A stretch of DNA of 64,000 bases from Bacteroidales bacterium (GCA_016933115.1 JAFGBL010000074.1:3684-67683), one strand, 5' to 3'; counted from the first letter of the stretch, positions 36,374 through 46,927 are shown. Numbers and translations: made by a program. The notes: generated by a model not told the origin, from the letters alone.

Positions 36374-39300
36374 ATGTTTATGAAAAAAGCGATATTTACT
36401 CTTTTATTTTCTCTAATCTTTATTGTGTGTTCCTTTGCACAGGAAAAAACCATCACCGGTAAGGTAACTTCGATTGAAGATGAAATGGGTTTGCCGGGGG
36501 TAACCGTTATGGTTAAAGGCAAAACCCTGGGTACGGTTACCGATATTGAGGGGTTATATTCACTTTCTGGAGTGAATCCGCAAGATACTTTGGTTTTTTC
36601 CTTTATTGGATATGAAAAGCAGGAGATACCGGTGGGTTCCAAAAACCAAATCAATGTTGTTTTAAAGGTTGAAGCGGAAGAACTGGAAGAGGTTGTGGTT
36701 ACGGCCTTGGGTGTAAAAAGGCAAAAACGGGAGATTGGGTATTCGACCGAAAAAATAGATGCTGATGTGGTCGTTCGCTCCAATGCCCCCAATGTGATCA
36801 ATGCGATTATCGGGCGTTCTGCCGGTGTGCAGGTTTCTCAGAATGATGGCCTGGAAGGCGGATCAACACGTATAACGATCCGTGGGAATAACAACCTGTC
36901 AGGTAACAACCAGCCTTTAATCGTTGTCGACAATGTTCCTATGGAAAATACACCCGGATTGACCGATATCGGCAGGGGAGTTGACTGGGGGAATCCGCTA
37001 TCCGACATCAATCCGCTTGATATTGCGGATTACTCCGTTTTAAAAGGTGGTGCGGCCTCCGCATTGTATGGTTCGCGCGGAGCCAATGGGGTTATCCTGA
37101 TTACTACAAAAAGGGGTAAAAAACAGAAAGGTATTGGGGTTACCTACAATTTTTCCCACAAGATTATCCAGCCTTACCGGTTTAGGGAGATGCAAAATAC
37201 TTACGGGCATGGAGGGCCAATTTCCTTTACACCGCCTACATTTCCCATGAACGGAGATACCTTATTGTATCCCGGAATTTATGGAACAGATAACCTGATC
37301 ATCAACCAGGAAGGAGATGTGTCGTCGACTACGGCAGAATTCGGCTACTATGGGTCTGCAGTTTCATGGGGCCCGAAAATGGAGGGGCAAATGGTAAAAT
37401 GGTGGGATGGAGAAATGCGTTCGTACTCACCCCAACCGGATAATTACGAATCTGTTTTTCACAATGGTTATACCCAGACCCACAATTTATCTGCCTCAGG
37501 TGGTGGTGAAGTTGGAACCATGCGTGTATCCATTACCCGTCAGGACCATAAAGCGATAATCGATAACAGCGATTATGACCGGACCACCATTAATTTGGGT
37601 GCGAATTTAAAAATTTCGGATAAAGTGAGGGCCGATCTTTCTATGTCTTATATCAATTTCAACCGGTTGAACAGCCCTATTCTGGGTGAAGAAGCCAACT
37701 CATTCAACAAAGGGTTTTTATACTCCTGGCCGAGGAGCTACCAATTGATCGATAAAGAAAACTACGCTTATCCCGATGGTTCACAAAATCCACAGGAAGG
37801 CTATCCATTTTATTATATCAGTCCCACAATCTGGTGGAATTACTATAACAATAATACGAACCTGCATCGCGACAAATATGTTGGTGCCTTAACCCTAACA
37901 TATGATATTACTTCATGGTTGAACATTATGGGGCGCGTAGGAAGGGACTTTACCCTGGAACAATATGAATCAAAAAATAAACCAATTGATGTTATCGGAC
38001 TCATGAATGGTTATTATGCCAACAGCCTCAATCGTACTTACTCCGACATATTTGAAGCCTTTTTAACAGCGGATAAATCAAAAATATTCAATACCAAACT
38101 GGATGTCAGATTCACCCTGGGTGCAAGCCGGTGGGATCATAATCTTTATATGATCGACGGGCATTCGGGTACATGGTACTATCCCAACATGTATACATTT
38201 TTTAATTATACAGAAACCACCTACAGTACTGATGAATACGGAAATACAATTGTGGACCGTCCGGGAAATTCCGCCGGAGATTTGGTTCCCGGGGAAACCA
38301 TCAGCCGCGAACGAAACAATTCGGTTTTTTCTTTTCTGAACCTTTCATGGGATAATTATTTATTTTTAGAATTGACAGGCAGAAACGACTGGTCATCCAC
38401 ACTCCCAGAGGGTGACAATTCCTATTTTTATCCTTCGGTTTCCTTGAGTTTCGTTGCCTCGGAGGCATTCAAAATTCAGGAAAAAGTTCGCTGGTTGAAT
38501 TTTGTAAAATTACGCGGTGGAATTGCCCAAACTGCAACTGATACCGATCCTTATAGAATTGATTTTTACTACAGAACAGGAGTTTTTGGAGGAGAGCAAA
38601 CTTCGGGTTTTCCTTCTGTAATACCCCCTTTCAATTTAACTCCACAACGGGTAAATGCCTATGAAGGAGGGATCAACCTTGGCTTTTTTGAAAATAAAAT
38701 CGATTTTGATTTTACCTATTATTATATGTATTCCTTTTCACAGATACTGGAAAACCTTCCTGTTCCCGTTTCTTCGGGTTCTCCCGGAATTACCATTAAC
38801 GAAGGTGTTATTACAAACAGGGGTTATGAGATCATAATTAATACGGTTCCGGTTCAAACAAATAACTTTTTATTTAAAACCGGGATCAATCTGAGCCACA
38901 ACAAGAATCGGGTAGAGAGCCTCGGGGATTATGCTGAAATATTCCCGTTGGCCGATATTTGGGGATTGAACGGTCCGGCAATGGCCCTGCGGGAAGGTGA
39001 TGAATACGGAACCATTTATGGATATGACTATGTGTACCATGAGAATGGACAGCCCATTGTAAACGATGCCGGCACCAAATACCTGATTACTGATACCAGA
39101 GTTCCGATCGGGAATGCATCGCCCGATTTTATCGGCGGCTGGACTACAGAGTTCTATTATAAAGGATTCCGGCTCAGCACGTTGATCGATACCAAATGGG
39201 GTGGTGATATTTATTGCGGATCATACGTAATCAACCTGCAGGCAGGTTTGAGCCCTGAAACATTAACAGAACGTGAAGGTGGGGGACTTCCATATACCGA

Positions 39301-39700
39301 TCCGGATGGTAATGTTCGGAATGTTGGGATCACACTCGATGGCGTTTATGCCGACGGAACCCCCAATGATAAGGTCGTACATTATTATTATAAGTATCTG
39401 CCCAATGCAGGTGGCTGGGGAAAATTTCTTTCAACTCCCGGTATTGTTGAGAATACCTGGGTGAAGATGAGGGAAATTTCCCTAACGTACACGCTACCGC
39501 AAAAATTAATCGAAAAGACAAAAGTATTTCAAAACCTGACTTTGTCAATTGTTGGCAGAGACCTGTTTTATATATATACTACCCTGCCCGATAAAATTAA
39601 TCCTGAAGGGATCATGGGTTCAGGAAATGCACAGGGTTTTGAATGGGCCTCCATGCCGGGTACCCGTTCGATTACTTTTGGGGTGACGGCTTCTTTTTAA
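36374..39700 (+). CDS. SusC/RagA family TonB-linked outer membrane protein
   Basis: 1108 aa. It has a signal peptide and a CarboxypepD_reg-like N-terminus (ITGKVTSIEDEMGLPGVTVMVKG). The plug region reads ..SALYGSRGANGVILITTKRG.., and the protein ends in a terminal F. An alternative start is ATG 36380. Confidence 0.9.
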   Translation: MFMKKAIFTLLFSLIFIVCSFAQEKTITGKVTSIEDEMGLPGVTVMVKGKTLGTVTDIEGLYSLSGVNPQDTLVFSFIGYEKQEIPVGSKNQINVVLKVEAEELEEVVVTALGVKRQKREIGYSTEKIDADVVVRSNAPNVINAIIGRSAGVQVSQNDGLEGGSTRITIRGNNNLSGNNQPLIVVDNVPMENTPGLTDIGRGVDWGNPLSDINPLDIADYSVLKGGAASALYGSRGANGVILITTKRGKKQKGIGVTYNFSHKIIQPYRFREMQNTYGHGGPISFTPPTFPMNGDTLLYPGIYGTDNLIINQEGDVSSTTAEFGYYGSAVSWGPKMEGQMVKWWDGEMRSYSPQPDNYESVFHNGYTQTHNLSASGGGEVGTMRVSITRQDHKAIIDNSDYDRTTINLGANLKISDKVRADLSMSYINFNRLNSPILGEEANSFNKGFLYSWPRSYQLIDKENYAYPDGSQNPQEGYPFYYISPTIWWNYYNNNTNLHRDKYVGALTLTYDITSWLNIMGRVGRDFTLEQYESKNKPIDVIGLMNGYYANSLNRTYSDIFEAFLTADKSKIFNTKLDVRFTLGASRWDHNLYMIDGHSGTWYYPNMYTFFNYTETTYSTDEYGNTIVDRPGNSAGDLVPGETISRERNNSVFSFLNLSWDNYLFLELTGRNDWSSTLPEGDNSYFYPSVSLSFVASEAFKIQEKVRWLNFVKLRGGIAQTATDTDPYRIDFYYRTGVFGGEQTSGFPSVIPPFNLTPQRVNAYEGGINLGFFENKIDFDFTYYYMYSFSQILENLPVPVSSGSPGITINEGVITNRGYEIIINTVPVQTNNFLFKTGINLSHNKNRVESLGDYAEIFPLADIWGLNGPAMALREGDEYGTIYGYDYVYHENGQPIVNDAGTKYLITDTRVPIGNASPDFIGGWTTEFYYKGFRLSTLIDTKWGGDIYCGSYVINLQAGLSPETLTEREGGGLPYTDPDGNVRNVGITLDGVYADGTPNDKVVHYYYKYLPNAGGWGKFLSTPGIVENTWVKMREISLTYTLPQKLIEKTKVFQNLTLSIVGRDLFYIYTTLPDKINPEGIMGSGNAQGFEWASMPGTRSITFGVTASF

Positions 39701-39743
39701 AGAAACAAGAAAAAAGTATAAAGAAACGAGAAAAAAGATAAAA

Positions 39744-41369
39744 ATGAAATATAGATTAAAATTAATTGGTTTGGGTTTAATTCTTGTCAGCCTGGTATTT
39801 TCATGTACTAAGGATTTTGATGAGATCAATACCGATCCCCATGGATTCACAACAGCCAGCGACGGTTCGCTTTTTAATGCGATCATCGAATCGCTGGTTC
39901 TTACCGGCAACGAGCAGTTTTACATCAACAACGAAATCCTTTATAAGCAAACGGAATTGGCAGCACTTACAAAGGAAGCGTGGGGAAATTTCACCCTGGG
40001 AACGGAAGATATGTGGAGCAACTATTACAGAACCCTGCCAAATTTTCGCGAACTGGGATATCGGTTTGATGCGATGCCTCAGACCGGTGAAGTAATTAAT
40101 ATGAAAGCGATGCTGAAGGTTGTTTTGGCTTATAAAACGTTCAAGCTAACCGATATTTTTGGTGATATGCCTTTTTTTGATGCTGGGTATGGATTCCAGG
40201 ATCTGGAATACCTGCGGCCTAAATTTGATAAACAGGAAGCCATTTATAAGTATTTGCTGGATGAACTTAAATGGTGTGATGAGAACATCAACGATACAGC
40301 TACCGTTGTAGAGCCTTTCCCTACATTTTCAGGATTTGACAGGTTGTTCAATGGTGATATGCTGATGTGGCAAAAATTTGGTAATTCACTGAGATTGCGC
40401 TATGCCATGCGCATGAGCGAAAAGGAGCCCCAACTGGCTGCTGAAATTATCCAGGAGATTATAGAAAATGAAAGGCCATTGATTTTAGGTTATGATTTCA
40501 TAACCTATGTAGGTGAAAGTGTTTGCATTTGGCCTTCACAGATGGGATTTAAAAACGAGAGTCTGAATTGGTCGTTCCGAGAACACAATAATTTGCGGAT
40601 GGGTTCTAATATTTGGCACAGGCTTTCTGAGAACGACAGCACAGACGGGAGCGGAATCTTTGATCCGAGGGCTTACATCTTTTTCGAACCCAACAATGCC
40701 GGTGACTGGGTTGCATTTCCGCAAATTCCCGATTTAAACACTCCAATATCAGGCGGAATACCATACGGATCACACCGCGACCAGGCAGGGGCTTTTCAGA
40801 TCAAAGGCGAAGGATGTATTTATTCACCGTTTAATTATTTTATTGTGAGGGATGAGGATTTCATGCCGATTCCGCTATACACCGGGGCCGAAACACATTT
40901 TATTTTAGCCGAAGCATATCTTCGTGGAATTGGCCTTCCCCAGGACCCGGATATGGCAGAAATTGAATACATGAATGGTATTACAACCTCCATCACCTGG
41001 TGGAAGGGAGTGTCCGATAATTCTAAACTTCCGGTATCGGGATTGTTATTTATCGATATGAGCCCGATACCGACGAATTTAAATGTCGTAACGGTATTAA
41101 ATCATTTTGCATTTTGGTTGGTGGAAACGGATGAAGAAAAACTGGAATTTGTTTACACGCAACGCTGGCTGGATGCTTTCAGGCAACCCTGGGAGGCCTA
41201 TGCACTGGCCAGGCGAACCGGTAAAACACCAAGGGAGGGTGATCTCATCCACCACTACAGGATGCCCTATCCTCCTTCGGAAGCGGAATACAATTCTGCC
41301 AACTGGGCGGAGGCAGTGAGCAGGCAGGGAGGAGATGCACCGGAATTTAAAATCTGGTGGATACCCTAG
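39744..41369 (+). CDS. SusD/RagB family nutrient-binding outer membrane lipoprotein
   Basis: 541 aa. Has the lipobox LVSLVFSC and lies immediately downstream of the SusC-like gene. It is rich in TPR-like W/Y helical segments (..RWLDAFRQPWEAYALARRTG..). Confidence 0.85.
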   Translation: MKYRLKLIGLGLILVSLVFSCTKDFDEINTDPHGFTTASDGSLFNAIIESLVLTGNEQFYINNEILYKQTELAALTKEAWGNFTLGTEDMWSNYYRTLPNFRELGYRFDAMPQTGEVINMKAMLKVVLAYKTFKLTDIFGDMPFFDAGYGFQDLEYLRPKFDKQEAIYKYLLDELKWCDENINDTATVVEPFPTFSGFDRLFNGDMLMWQKFGNSLRLRYAMRMSEKEPQLAAEIIQEIIENERPLILGYDFITYVGESVCIWPSQMGFKNESLNWSFREHNNLRMGSNIWHRLSENDSTDGSGIFDPRAYIFFEPNNAGDWVAFPQIPDLNTPISGGIPYGSHRDQAGAFQIKGEGCIYSPFNYFIVRDEDFMPIPLYTGAETHFILAEAYLRGIGLPQDPDMAEIEYMNGITTSITWWKGVSDNSKLPVSGLLFIDMSPIPTNLNVVTVLNHFAFWLVETDEEKLEFVYTQRWLDAFRQPWEAYALARRTGKTPREGDLIHHYRMPYPPSEAEYNSANWAEAVSRQGGDAPEFKIWWIP

Positions 41370-41443
41370 ATCGGGTTTTAATTTACAATGCTTATATTTG
41401 AAAAATATTAATTAAATTTTATCCACAAATAAAACATGCTGAA

Positions 41444-43966
41444 ATGAAAAAGCTTTACATGAATCTTAGTTTACTGCTTCTGTTGGTTTTTATGATGCAG
41501 TCTGCATTGCTACATGCGCAATCTAATCAATATCTCCATTTTGACAGGGAGGATGACTTTGTGATTTTAAATGGTGGAGGACAGTACGTTGACGGGTCCA
41601 ATACCATTTCCCTAACCGGGTGGTTTTACTGTGATGAACTGGCTTACGGACAGGGATATATGGGGTTCAGATCCGGCTCTGGAAATGGAGAAATGTATCT
41701 CATCCAATTGAATAACGGCGTGATGGAATGCCGTGTTTTAACAACCACCGGATTACATGAATTCGCTGCGCCTGCCAATACTGCAATTCCGCAGGTTTGG
41801 CAACACTTCGCATGGGTTTTTGATGTTACTACAGTTAAATTATATGTCAATGGTGCCCTTGTCGGAAGCGCTGCCGCCTCTGGAACTTTTTCAAGTACCA
41901 CTGTTCCTTATGCCATCGGCAAGAGCACATTGTCAGGATTTAACTTTGTATTTGGCGGCCGTATCGATGAGGTTACGGCCTGGACAAAAGCATTGACCCA
42001 GGATGAAATCGAGGACATTATGGATAATGAACTTACCGGTACCGAAGAAGATCTGCAATTATACTATAAATTCAACCAGGGTGAACCGGGAGGCAACAAT
42101 ACTTCCATTACCCATTTGGTTTGCGAAATTGGAAACGGAGAGCGTGATGCCGAACTTATGAACTTTGCCCTTGTCGGAGAAACCTCAAATTTTGGCGGTA
42201 CACTCGACCCGGGTTACCAGGCCATTTCATTTCCGCAGATTCCAGATCACCTGACAACGGACGATCCCTTTGAAATTGAAGCTTCGGCCACTTCCGGGCT
42301 TGAAGTGTTTTTTGAAGTGCTTTCCGGCCCGGCAACAATTGAAGGAAATATTGTAACCCTGACGGGGGAAGCAGGAGCGGTTGTAATTGAGGCTACCCAA
42401 CCGGGGAACGGAACATTCAATCCGGCCGATCCTGTAACCAATTCATTTATGGTCGTCGATCCTTCGGTAAATGTTCCCGATATCGATCCGCGAAGTCCTT
42501 TGGCCGGAAATGTTTATGTGCCGGATCTGGACTATATCCAATTGGCTTCAAAAGTTACCATTGAATATCCGGAACTATTTTCCGTTACGAACGTCCAGTT
42601 TACGATTAATGGAGAAACCTTTGGCCCGACCAACTGGGGCGAAGGTTATTATTCAGGCTGGTGGCCGGCTCCTTCATACGGTAATTTTACACTGACAATA
42701 ACCGCTACAAACAATTATGGGTATTCGGCAACTCAAAATGTCAATTTAAATATCGTAAGCAATGTTTCGGATATGGAAGTACAGGCCGTTGATGATGTGT
42801 GGCTGAATACCGGAAATACATCCGAAGTGGTTGAAGCCGAATTGCCTTCTTTTATGGGCGCTTTTGACCAAATTACAGCCACCCTGCAGGTTACCTGCCC
42901 TCCGGGTGGATGCGGTGAATGGGACCGTGTGGCAAGTGTAGATGCCAGGGGTCATGATGGTAAATGGATTGAAATCATCCGTTACATTACACCGTATGGT
43001 GTACCTTGTGTACATACCATTGACCTGACGGATTATATGTCCATACTTCAGGGTAAAGTCGAATTCAGAATGAATTGCGCCACCCTGGACAATGGCTATT
43101 ATTATGATTTGACTTTCAATTACAACGCCGGAGCACCGGAACATAAATACAGCTTTATTGATATCATTTGGTGGGATACCTATCAATTTGGTGATTTGGC
43201 AAACCTGCAGCCGGTTGAAGATGTTAACTATACATTTCCTGAAAATGCTGAAGCTTCAACCCTAAAACTGGTATCAACCGGACATGGCTGGGGGGATAAC
43301 AATACCGGTAATGCTGCTGAATTTTATGATGCAACACACCATATCTGGATCAATGGAACTCAAACATTTGAACAGCATAACTGGAGCGATTGCAGTCCCA
43401 ATCCTGATGGCTGCCAGCCGCAAAACGGAACCTATTTATATAACAGGGCAGGTTGGTGCCCGGGATCAATTGCTCCCTGGTTCGATTTTAACATGACGCC
43501 CTATATCCCAGATGAAGATATTGTTTTCGGTTATATTTTTGATGAGGATTATGTGGATTATTGTCATCCCAATAATCCAGACTGTGTTACCGGTGTTACC
43601 TGTCCTGATTGCAACGATGGTTTTAATCCCCATTTGATCGTCGCCTGTAATCTTATATTATTTGCCGACAGTCCGGTGGATAACGGTGCCATTGTTTCGG
43701 TGGACGAAAACTATTACAACATAGGCTCCTACATTACACTTTTCCCCAATCCGACAGACGGTTTGATGGAACTTGCTTTCCATGGAAAGGCTTCCTTTGG
43801 TAAAGCATTGATCAGTGTTTTAAACCTGACCGGAAGAACCATAGAACAGTTTGAATGGAACGGCGAATCAAAAACTTTGGATTTTAGAACTTATTCAAAA
43901 GGTGTCTACTTTGTGAAAATTAAAGTAGGCGAGGAAGTGGATGTCCGAAAGGTGGTAATCCAATAA
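41444..43966 (+). CDS. LamG-domain / peptide-N-glycosidase F-related protein with T9SS type A C-terminal domain
   Basis: The N-terminal LamG-like jelly roll carries ..GRIDEVTAWTKALTQDEIEDIM... The C-terminal half has CGEWDRVASV..WIEIIRYITPYGV, GHGWGDNNTGNAAEF and NRAGWCPG, which I recognise as PNGase F-family landmarks. The tail ITLFPNPTDGLMEL...GVYFVKIKVGEEVDVRKVVIQ is a type A CTD. Confidence 0.6.
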   Translation: MKKLYMNLSLLLLLVFMMQSALLHAQSNQYLHFDREDDFVILNGGGQYVDGSNTISLTGWFYCDELAYGQGYMGFRSGSGNGEMYLIQLNNGVMECRVLTTTGLHEFAAPANTAIPQVWQHFAWVFDVTTVKLYVNGALVGSAAASGTFSSTTVPYAIGKSTLSGFNFVFGGRIDEVTAWTKALTQDEIEDIMDNELTGTEEDLQLYYKFNQGEPGGNNTSITHLVCEIGNGERDAELMNFALVGETSNFGGTLDPGYQAISFPQIPDHLTTDDPFEIEASATSGLEVFFEVLSGPATIEGNIVTLTGEAGAVVIEATQPGNGTFNPADPVTNSFMVVDPSVNVPDIDPRSPLAGNVYVPDLDYIQLASKVTIEYPELFSVTNVQFTINGETFGPTNWGEGYYSGWWPAPSYGNFTLTITATNNYGYSATQNVNLNIVSNVSDMEVQAVDDVWLNTGNTSEVVEAELPSFMGAFDQITATLQVTCPPGGCGEWDRVASVDARGHDGKWIEIIRYITPYGVPCVHTIDLTDYMSILQGKVEFRMNCATLDNGYYYDLTFNYNAGAPEHKYSFIDIIWWDTYQFGDLANLQPVEDVNYTFPENAEASTLKLVSTGHGWGDNNTGNAAEFYDATHHIWINGTQTFEQHNWSDCSPNPDGCQPQNGTYLYNRAGWCPGSIAPWFDFNMTPYIPDEDIVFGYIFDEDYVDYCHPNNPDCVTGVTCPDCNDGFNPHLIVACNLILFADSPVDNGAIVSVDENYYNIGSYITLFPNPTDGLMELAFHGKASFGKALISVLNLTGRTIEQFEWNGESKTLDFRTYSKGVYFVKIKVGEEVDVRKVVIQ

Positions 43967-43974
43967 ATTTTTAA

Positions 43975-44005
43975 ACACCGGGTGATTTCATCCGGTGTTT
44001 TTTTA
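43975..44005 (+). terminator. rho-independent (probably bidirectional) terminator
   Basis: ACACCGG at 43975-43981 pairs with CCGGTGT at 43992-43998, followed by TTTTTTT. It lies between the convergent PNGase-like and yhhQ-like genes. Confidence 0.65.
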
Positions 44006-44695
44006 TTGATGCACTTCTTTTTCCGCCGTAACTTCAATCATTTGTTCGGATTGCTGCTCGCCCAGGTAGCGGTGAATAATGGCATGACCGAGGTAGATCA
44101 ATGGTGTTATCAAAATGGCGATGATCAGCTTGGCAGAGTAACCTGTTCCCGCTGTGTTGATAAAATCATCGAAAGAAAGTTTGCCCGGCAACCAGAAGGC
44201 GATCCCGGTAACAATAAAACTGTCGATCAATTGAGAAACAATGGTAGACCCGGTTGCACGTAACCAGATCATTTTATGTCCGGTCCTTTTTCTGATCAAC
44301 CAGAAAACAACCACATCCAACAATTGCGAAGCCAGGAAAGCGGTTATACTTCCAACAATGATCCACATCGATTGCCCGAATACTCCATGAAAATATTCAT
44401 CCGTTACCGGTGAAATTCCTGATGCCGGAACTGCCATGGCTGCAAACAAAAGCAAAAATGCATACGCAATGAGTACTGATGTAAGGATGGTCAATCTTCG
44501 CACACCCTGTCTGCCGTAATATTCATTGATTATATCCGTAGTAAGGAATACAACCGGCCAGGGAATGATCCCAATGCTCATGGTGAATGGTCCAAGTTGG
44601 ATCAGTTTACCTCCAATCATTTCACCAGCCACGGCATTTGTAATGAAAATGCCGGCCAGCACGGTAAACAATATCTCTCGCTTATTTGATTTCAT
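44003..44695 (-). CDS. yhhQ: queuosine-precursor transporter, YhhQ/DUF165 (VUT) family
   Basis: The start is reset to ATG 44695 (MKSNKREILF..). Polytopic membrane protein with ..VVFLTTDIINEYYG.. and ..GSTIVSQLIDSFIV.. motifs. Confidence 0.6.
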   Translation of the reverse strand: MKSNKREILFTVLAGIFITNAVAGEMIGGKLIQLGPFTMSIGIIPWPVVFLTTDIINEYYGRQGVRRLTILTSVLIAYAFLLLFAAMAVPASGISPVTDEYFHGVFGQSMWIIVGSITAFLASQLLDVVVFWLIRKRTGHKMIWLRATGSTIVSQLIDSFIVTGIAFWLPGKLSFDDFINTAGTGYSAKLIIAILITPLIYLGHAIIHRYLGEQQSEQMIEVTAEKEVHQ

Positions 44696-44765
44696 AATAA
44701 TAAATGTAACAACCCTATTTTCTATTGGTTGCAAATTTGCATAATATTGGCAAATTGTAAATTTT

Positions 44766-46919
44766 TCACGGTTCTTGATATTGTTCGATTAGCAATTTAG
44801 CCATGATCGCATCCCAGATATAATTGGGTGGGCAGTCCAAAACCGTGTTGTCGGGGCTGTACGATTCCCAGTAGTTGTGGTTTTTCGAAAGCTGGGTCTT
44901 TACTGCCAGCATCATTCTGTCAGCCAGTTCGGATGCAAATTGGTCATACCCGTATTTTTTCAAACCATCGAAGACCATGTAATCCCAAAGCAGCCAAACA
45001 GGCCCGTTCCACTTGCAACAATAATCCACATAAGGGCTGTACCATTCATCATCGGCAGCAAGTGTAGGAACACCGTATTTTCTCCAGAATTTAGAGGTAT
45101 CGGTCAGTGTTTTAATCAGGATGTCCGCCCTTTCTTTGGAAACTGCGTTAGCCCATAACGGTAAGAACCCGATGATCTCCTGTCTTTTCAGGTCGCGGCC
45201 CATAAAGTAAAAGCTGTGGTCATTCTTATTGACATGATAAAAGAACCCGCTGTTTTCGTCCCACATCCTATTATTGACCAATTCTGAGGTACTATCCGCT
45301 TTTAATTCCCAATCCCTTGCTTCGCTTGTTTTACCCAAAACTTCTGCCATCTCTGATAAACATCGCATTTCATTGATGACCATTAATGTCAGATCAAGGC
45401 ATTCCAGTTCATCAGAAATATCTTCTTTATCCACATCAAGGTAGCGTTCGGCCGAAACCTGGAAAACGGCATTGTACCAGTCACGAACATTTTCTATAAT
45501 CCCATATGGACCCCATTCGAAAGTGCCGTCCCCATCCGTATCACGGTGTTTGATAAGCCAGTCGGTATATTTAACTCCCGATTCATAGGCTTCCTTTAGA
45601 AATTTATCATCCTGGCTTACCTTGTAAATTTCCCAGTTGATCCAACTAAAAAAGGGGGCGGAAGTGGTGGGTTCCCCTTTGTGAGGGTAATCCTGCATGC
45701 CTCGCGGGCCATGGCGGTATGCGATCAGCCCGTCCTCACCCTGCTGTTCCATGTAAACCCTTTGCGATTCCTTTGCCGATTCGGGATCCAGGTATACATA
45801 AGCCAGCATACTAAGTGATTCGTGCAGCACCTGGTGTCCGTGACCCCAACCCCAAAGCGGATTCCGGGAGAAAACATAAAAATTATGGGATGTTTTGCCT
45901 GTTGGCGGTAACATGCATCCCCTGACAAGATTGAATGCACCCAGGTAAACCAACTTGTCATCTTCCGAGTTAAAATCGATATGTGGAACGGATTGAAACA
46001 TTGAAACATTGGAATCGATGAAGTATTGAAGATCAATGTTTTTTACTTCATTTATTTCTTCGATCAATTCATTCAGGTCTTCATCCTGATCCTCACAACC
46101 CCGGTAGTAGCTTATCGTCCTGGTTTGGCCCGCTTCCAGATCGAATTTGTAATGAAGCGAGACAAAATCAACCAGGCCGGAAACCTGAAAGTTCAGGGAA
46201 TCCTGCATTCGGTTCTCCTTGTAAAAATCGGTTTTGATGTAATTGTAAAAATTGTCAAGATTTCCGTTAAATCCGCCGTAAGAATAAGGTTTTTCGCTCC
46301 CACAGAAAAAATCGCGGCAATGGGTAGGGTAGGGCGCATTTTTATATAAATCGCTGATCAACCTTTGTTTGGTCTCAAAGTGGTGAGTGATGTATCCGAA
46401 TTGAATACTGTCATAATCAATGATCTCCAACGAATCCCTTTCCAAATCCAGGATGGGGAACATTTCAACGAGTTGTTTTGTATTTGAGGTATTCTGAATA
46501 TACATCCGGCTCAGGGCAATTCTTGAGCTATAGACAAAAAAACATTCCTGAACCCTGATGCCTTCAAAAGGCTCGTATTCCAGCAAAACCATATCAGGGA
46601 AGGAAGCTGTAACAACCGGTTTTTGATAATATTTAGCCACTTTGTCTACCACCAGTTTATTGATCATCCATACATTGTAAATTCTCCCTCCCTGGTCTGT
46701 TTGGTAATGAAGCGGGTCGCAATCGGAATAATAATTCATTTTGTAGGCTTTATCCCCATACAGCCTCGATCTATCCATGGAGGACGCATAGGTAGTGTAA
46801 AGCGGATTGGCGGCGGTTGCATGGATTTGGAAGTAGGGGTCATCTATGGAAAGTTTCTGTGAAAATGTTTGTAAATGAATTAAAATAAATAACCCGGTAA
46901 GGAGTGTCCAGTTTGACAT
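44766..46919 (-). CDS. six-hairpin (alpha/alpha)6 glycoside hydrolase, GH63/MGH1-like
   Basis: 717 aa with a signal peptide. The C-terminal half carries ..HRDTDGDGTFEWG.., ..KWNGPVWLLWDYMVFDGLKKYG.. and ..YWESYSPDN.., which resemble GH63/GH37-clan catalytic domains. The family assignment needs an HMM search. Confidence 0.45.
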   Translation of the reverse strand: MSNWTLLTGLFILIHLQTFSQKLSIDDPYFQIHATAANPLYTTYASSMDRSRLYGDKAYKMNYYSDCDPLHYQTDQGGRIYNVWMINKLVVDKVAKYYQKPVVTASFPDMVLLEYEPFEGIRVQECFFVYSSRIALSRMYIQNTSNTKQLVEMFPILDLERDSLEIIDYDSIQFGYITHHFETKQRLISDLYKNAPYPTHCRDFFCGSEKPYSYGGFNGNLDNFYNYIKTDFYKENRMQDSLNFQVSGLVDFVSLHYKFDLEAGQTRTISYYRGCEDQDEDLNELIEEINEVKNIDLQYFIDSNVSMFQSVPHIDFNSEDDKLVYLGAFNLVRGCMLPPTGKTSHNFYVFSRNPLWGWGHGHQVLHESLSMLAYVYLDPESAKESQRVYMEQQGEDGLIAYRHGPRGMQDYPHKGEPTTSAPFFSWINWEIYKVSQDDKFLKEAYESGVKYTDWLIKHRDTDGDGTFEWGPYGIIENVRDWYNAVFQVSAERYLDVDKEDISDELECLDLTLMVINEMRCLSEMAEVLGKTSEARDWELKADSTSELVNNRMWDENSGFFYHVNKNDHSFYFMGRDLKRQEIIGFLPLWANAVSKERADILIKTLTDTSKFWRKYGVPTLAADDEWYSPYVDYCCKWNGPVWLLWDYMVFDGLKKYGYDQFASELADRMMLAVKTQLSKNHNYWESYSPDNTVLDCPPNYIWDAIMAKLLIEQYQEP

Positions 46920-46927
46920 GATTAAAT

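Noticed and set aside
33548-36801. Long antisense ORFs inside rnfD (33548-33991), rnfE (35040-35546) and susC (36355-36801). Similar ones lie at 42746-43186 and 52209-52700, and many occur inside ppdK (3194-5957).
   Set aside because: Each lies entirely within, and opposite to, a gene with strong family motifs. Their translations are low-complexity or Ser/Pro/Ile-rich with no recognisable features, which is typical of shadow frames.
41419-41427. Perfect DnaA box TTATCCACA in the susD / PNGase-like intergenic region.
   Set aside because: It is a single 9-mer. About one chance occurrence is expected in a window of this size on two strands. I saw no cluster of boxes or AT-rich unwinding element, so it is not evidence for oriC.
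44696-44765. Possible preQ1 riboswitch upstream of the yhhQ-like queuosine-precursor transporter.
   Set aside because: The 70-nt leader read on the minus strand has only a weak AACC/GGTT hairpin. It lacks the conserved loop and the A-rich 3' tail of preQ1-I/II/III aptamers.
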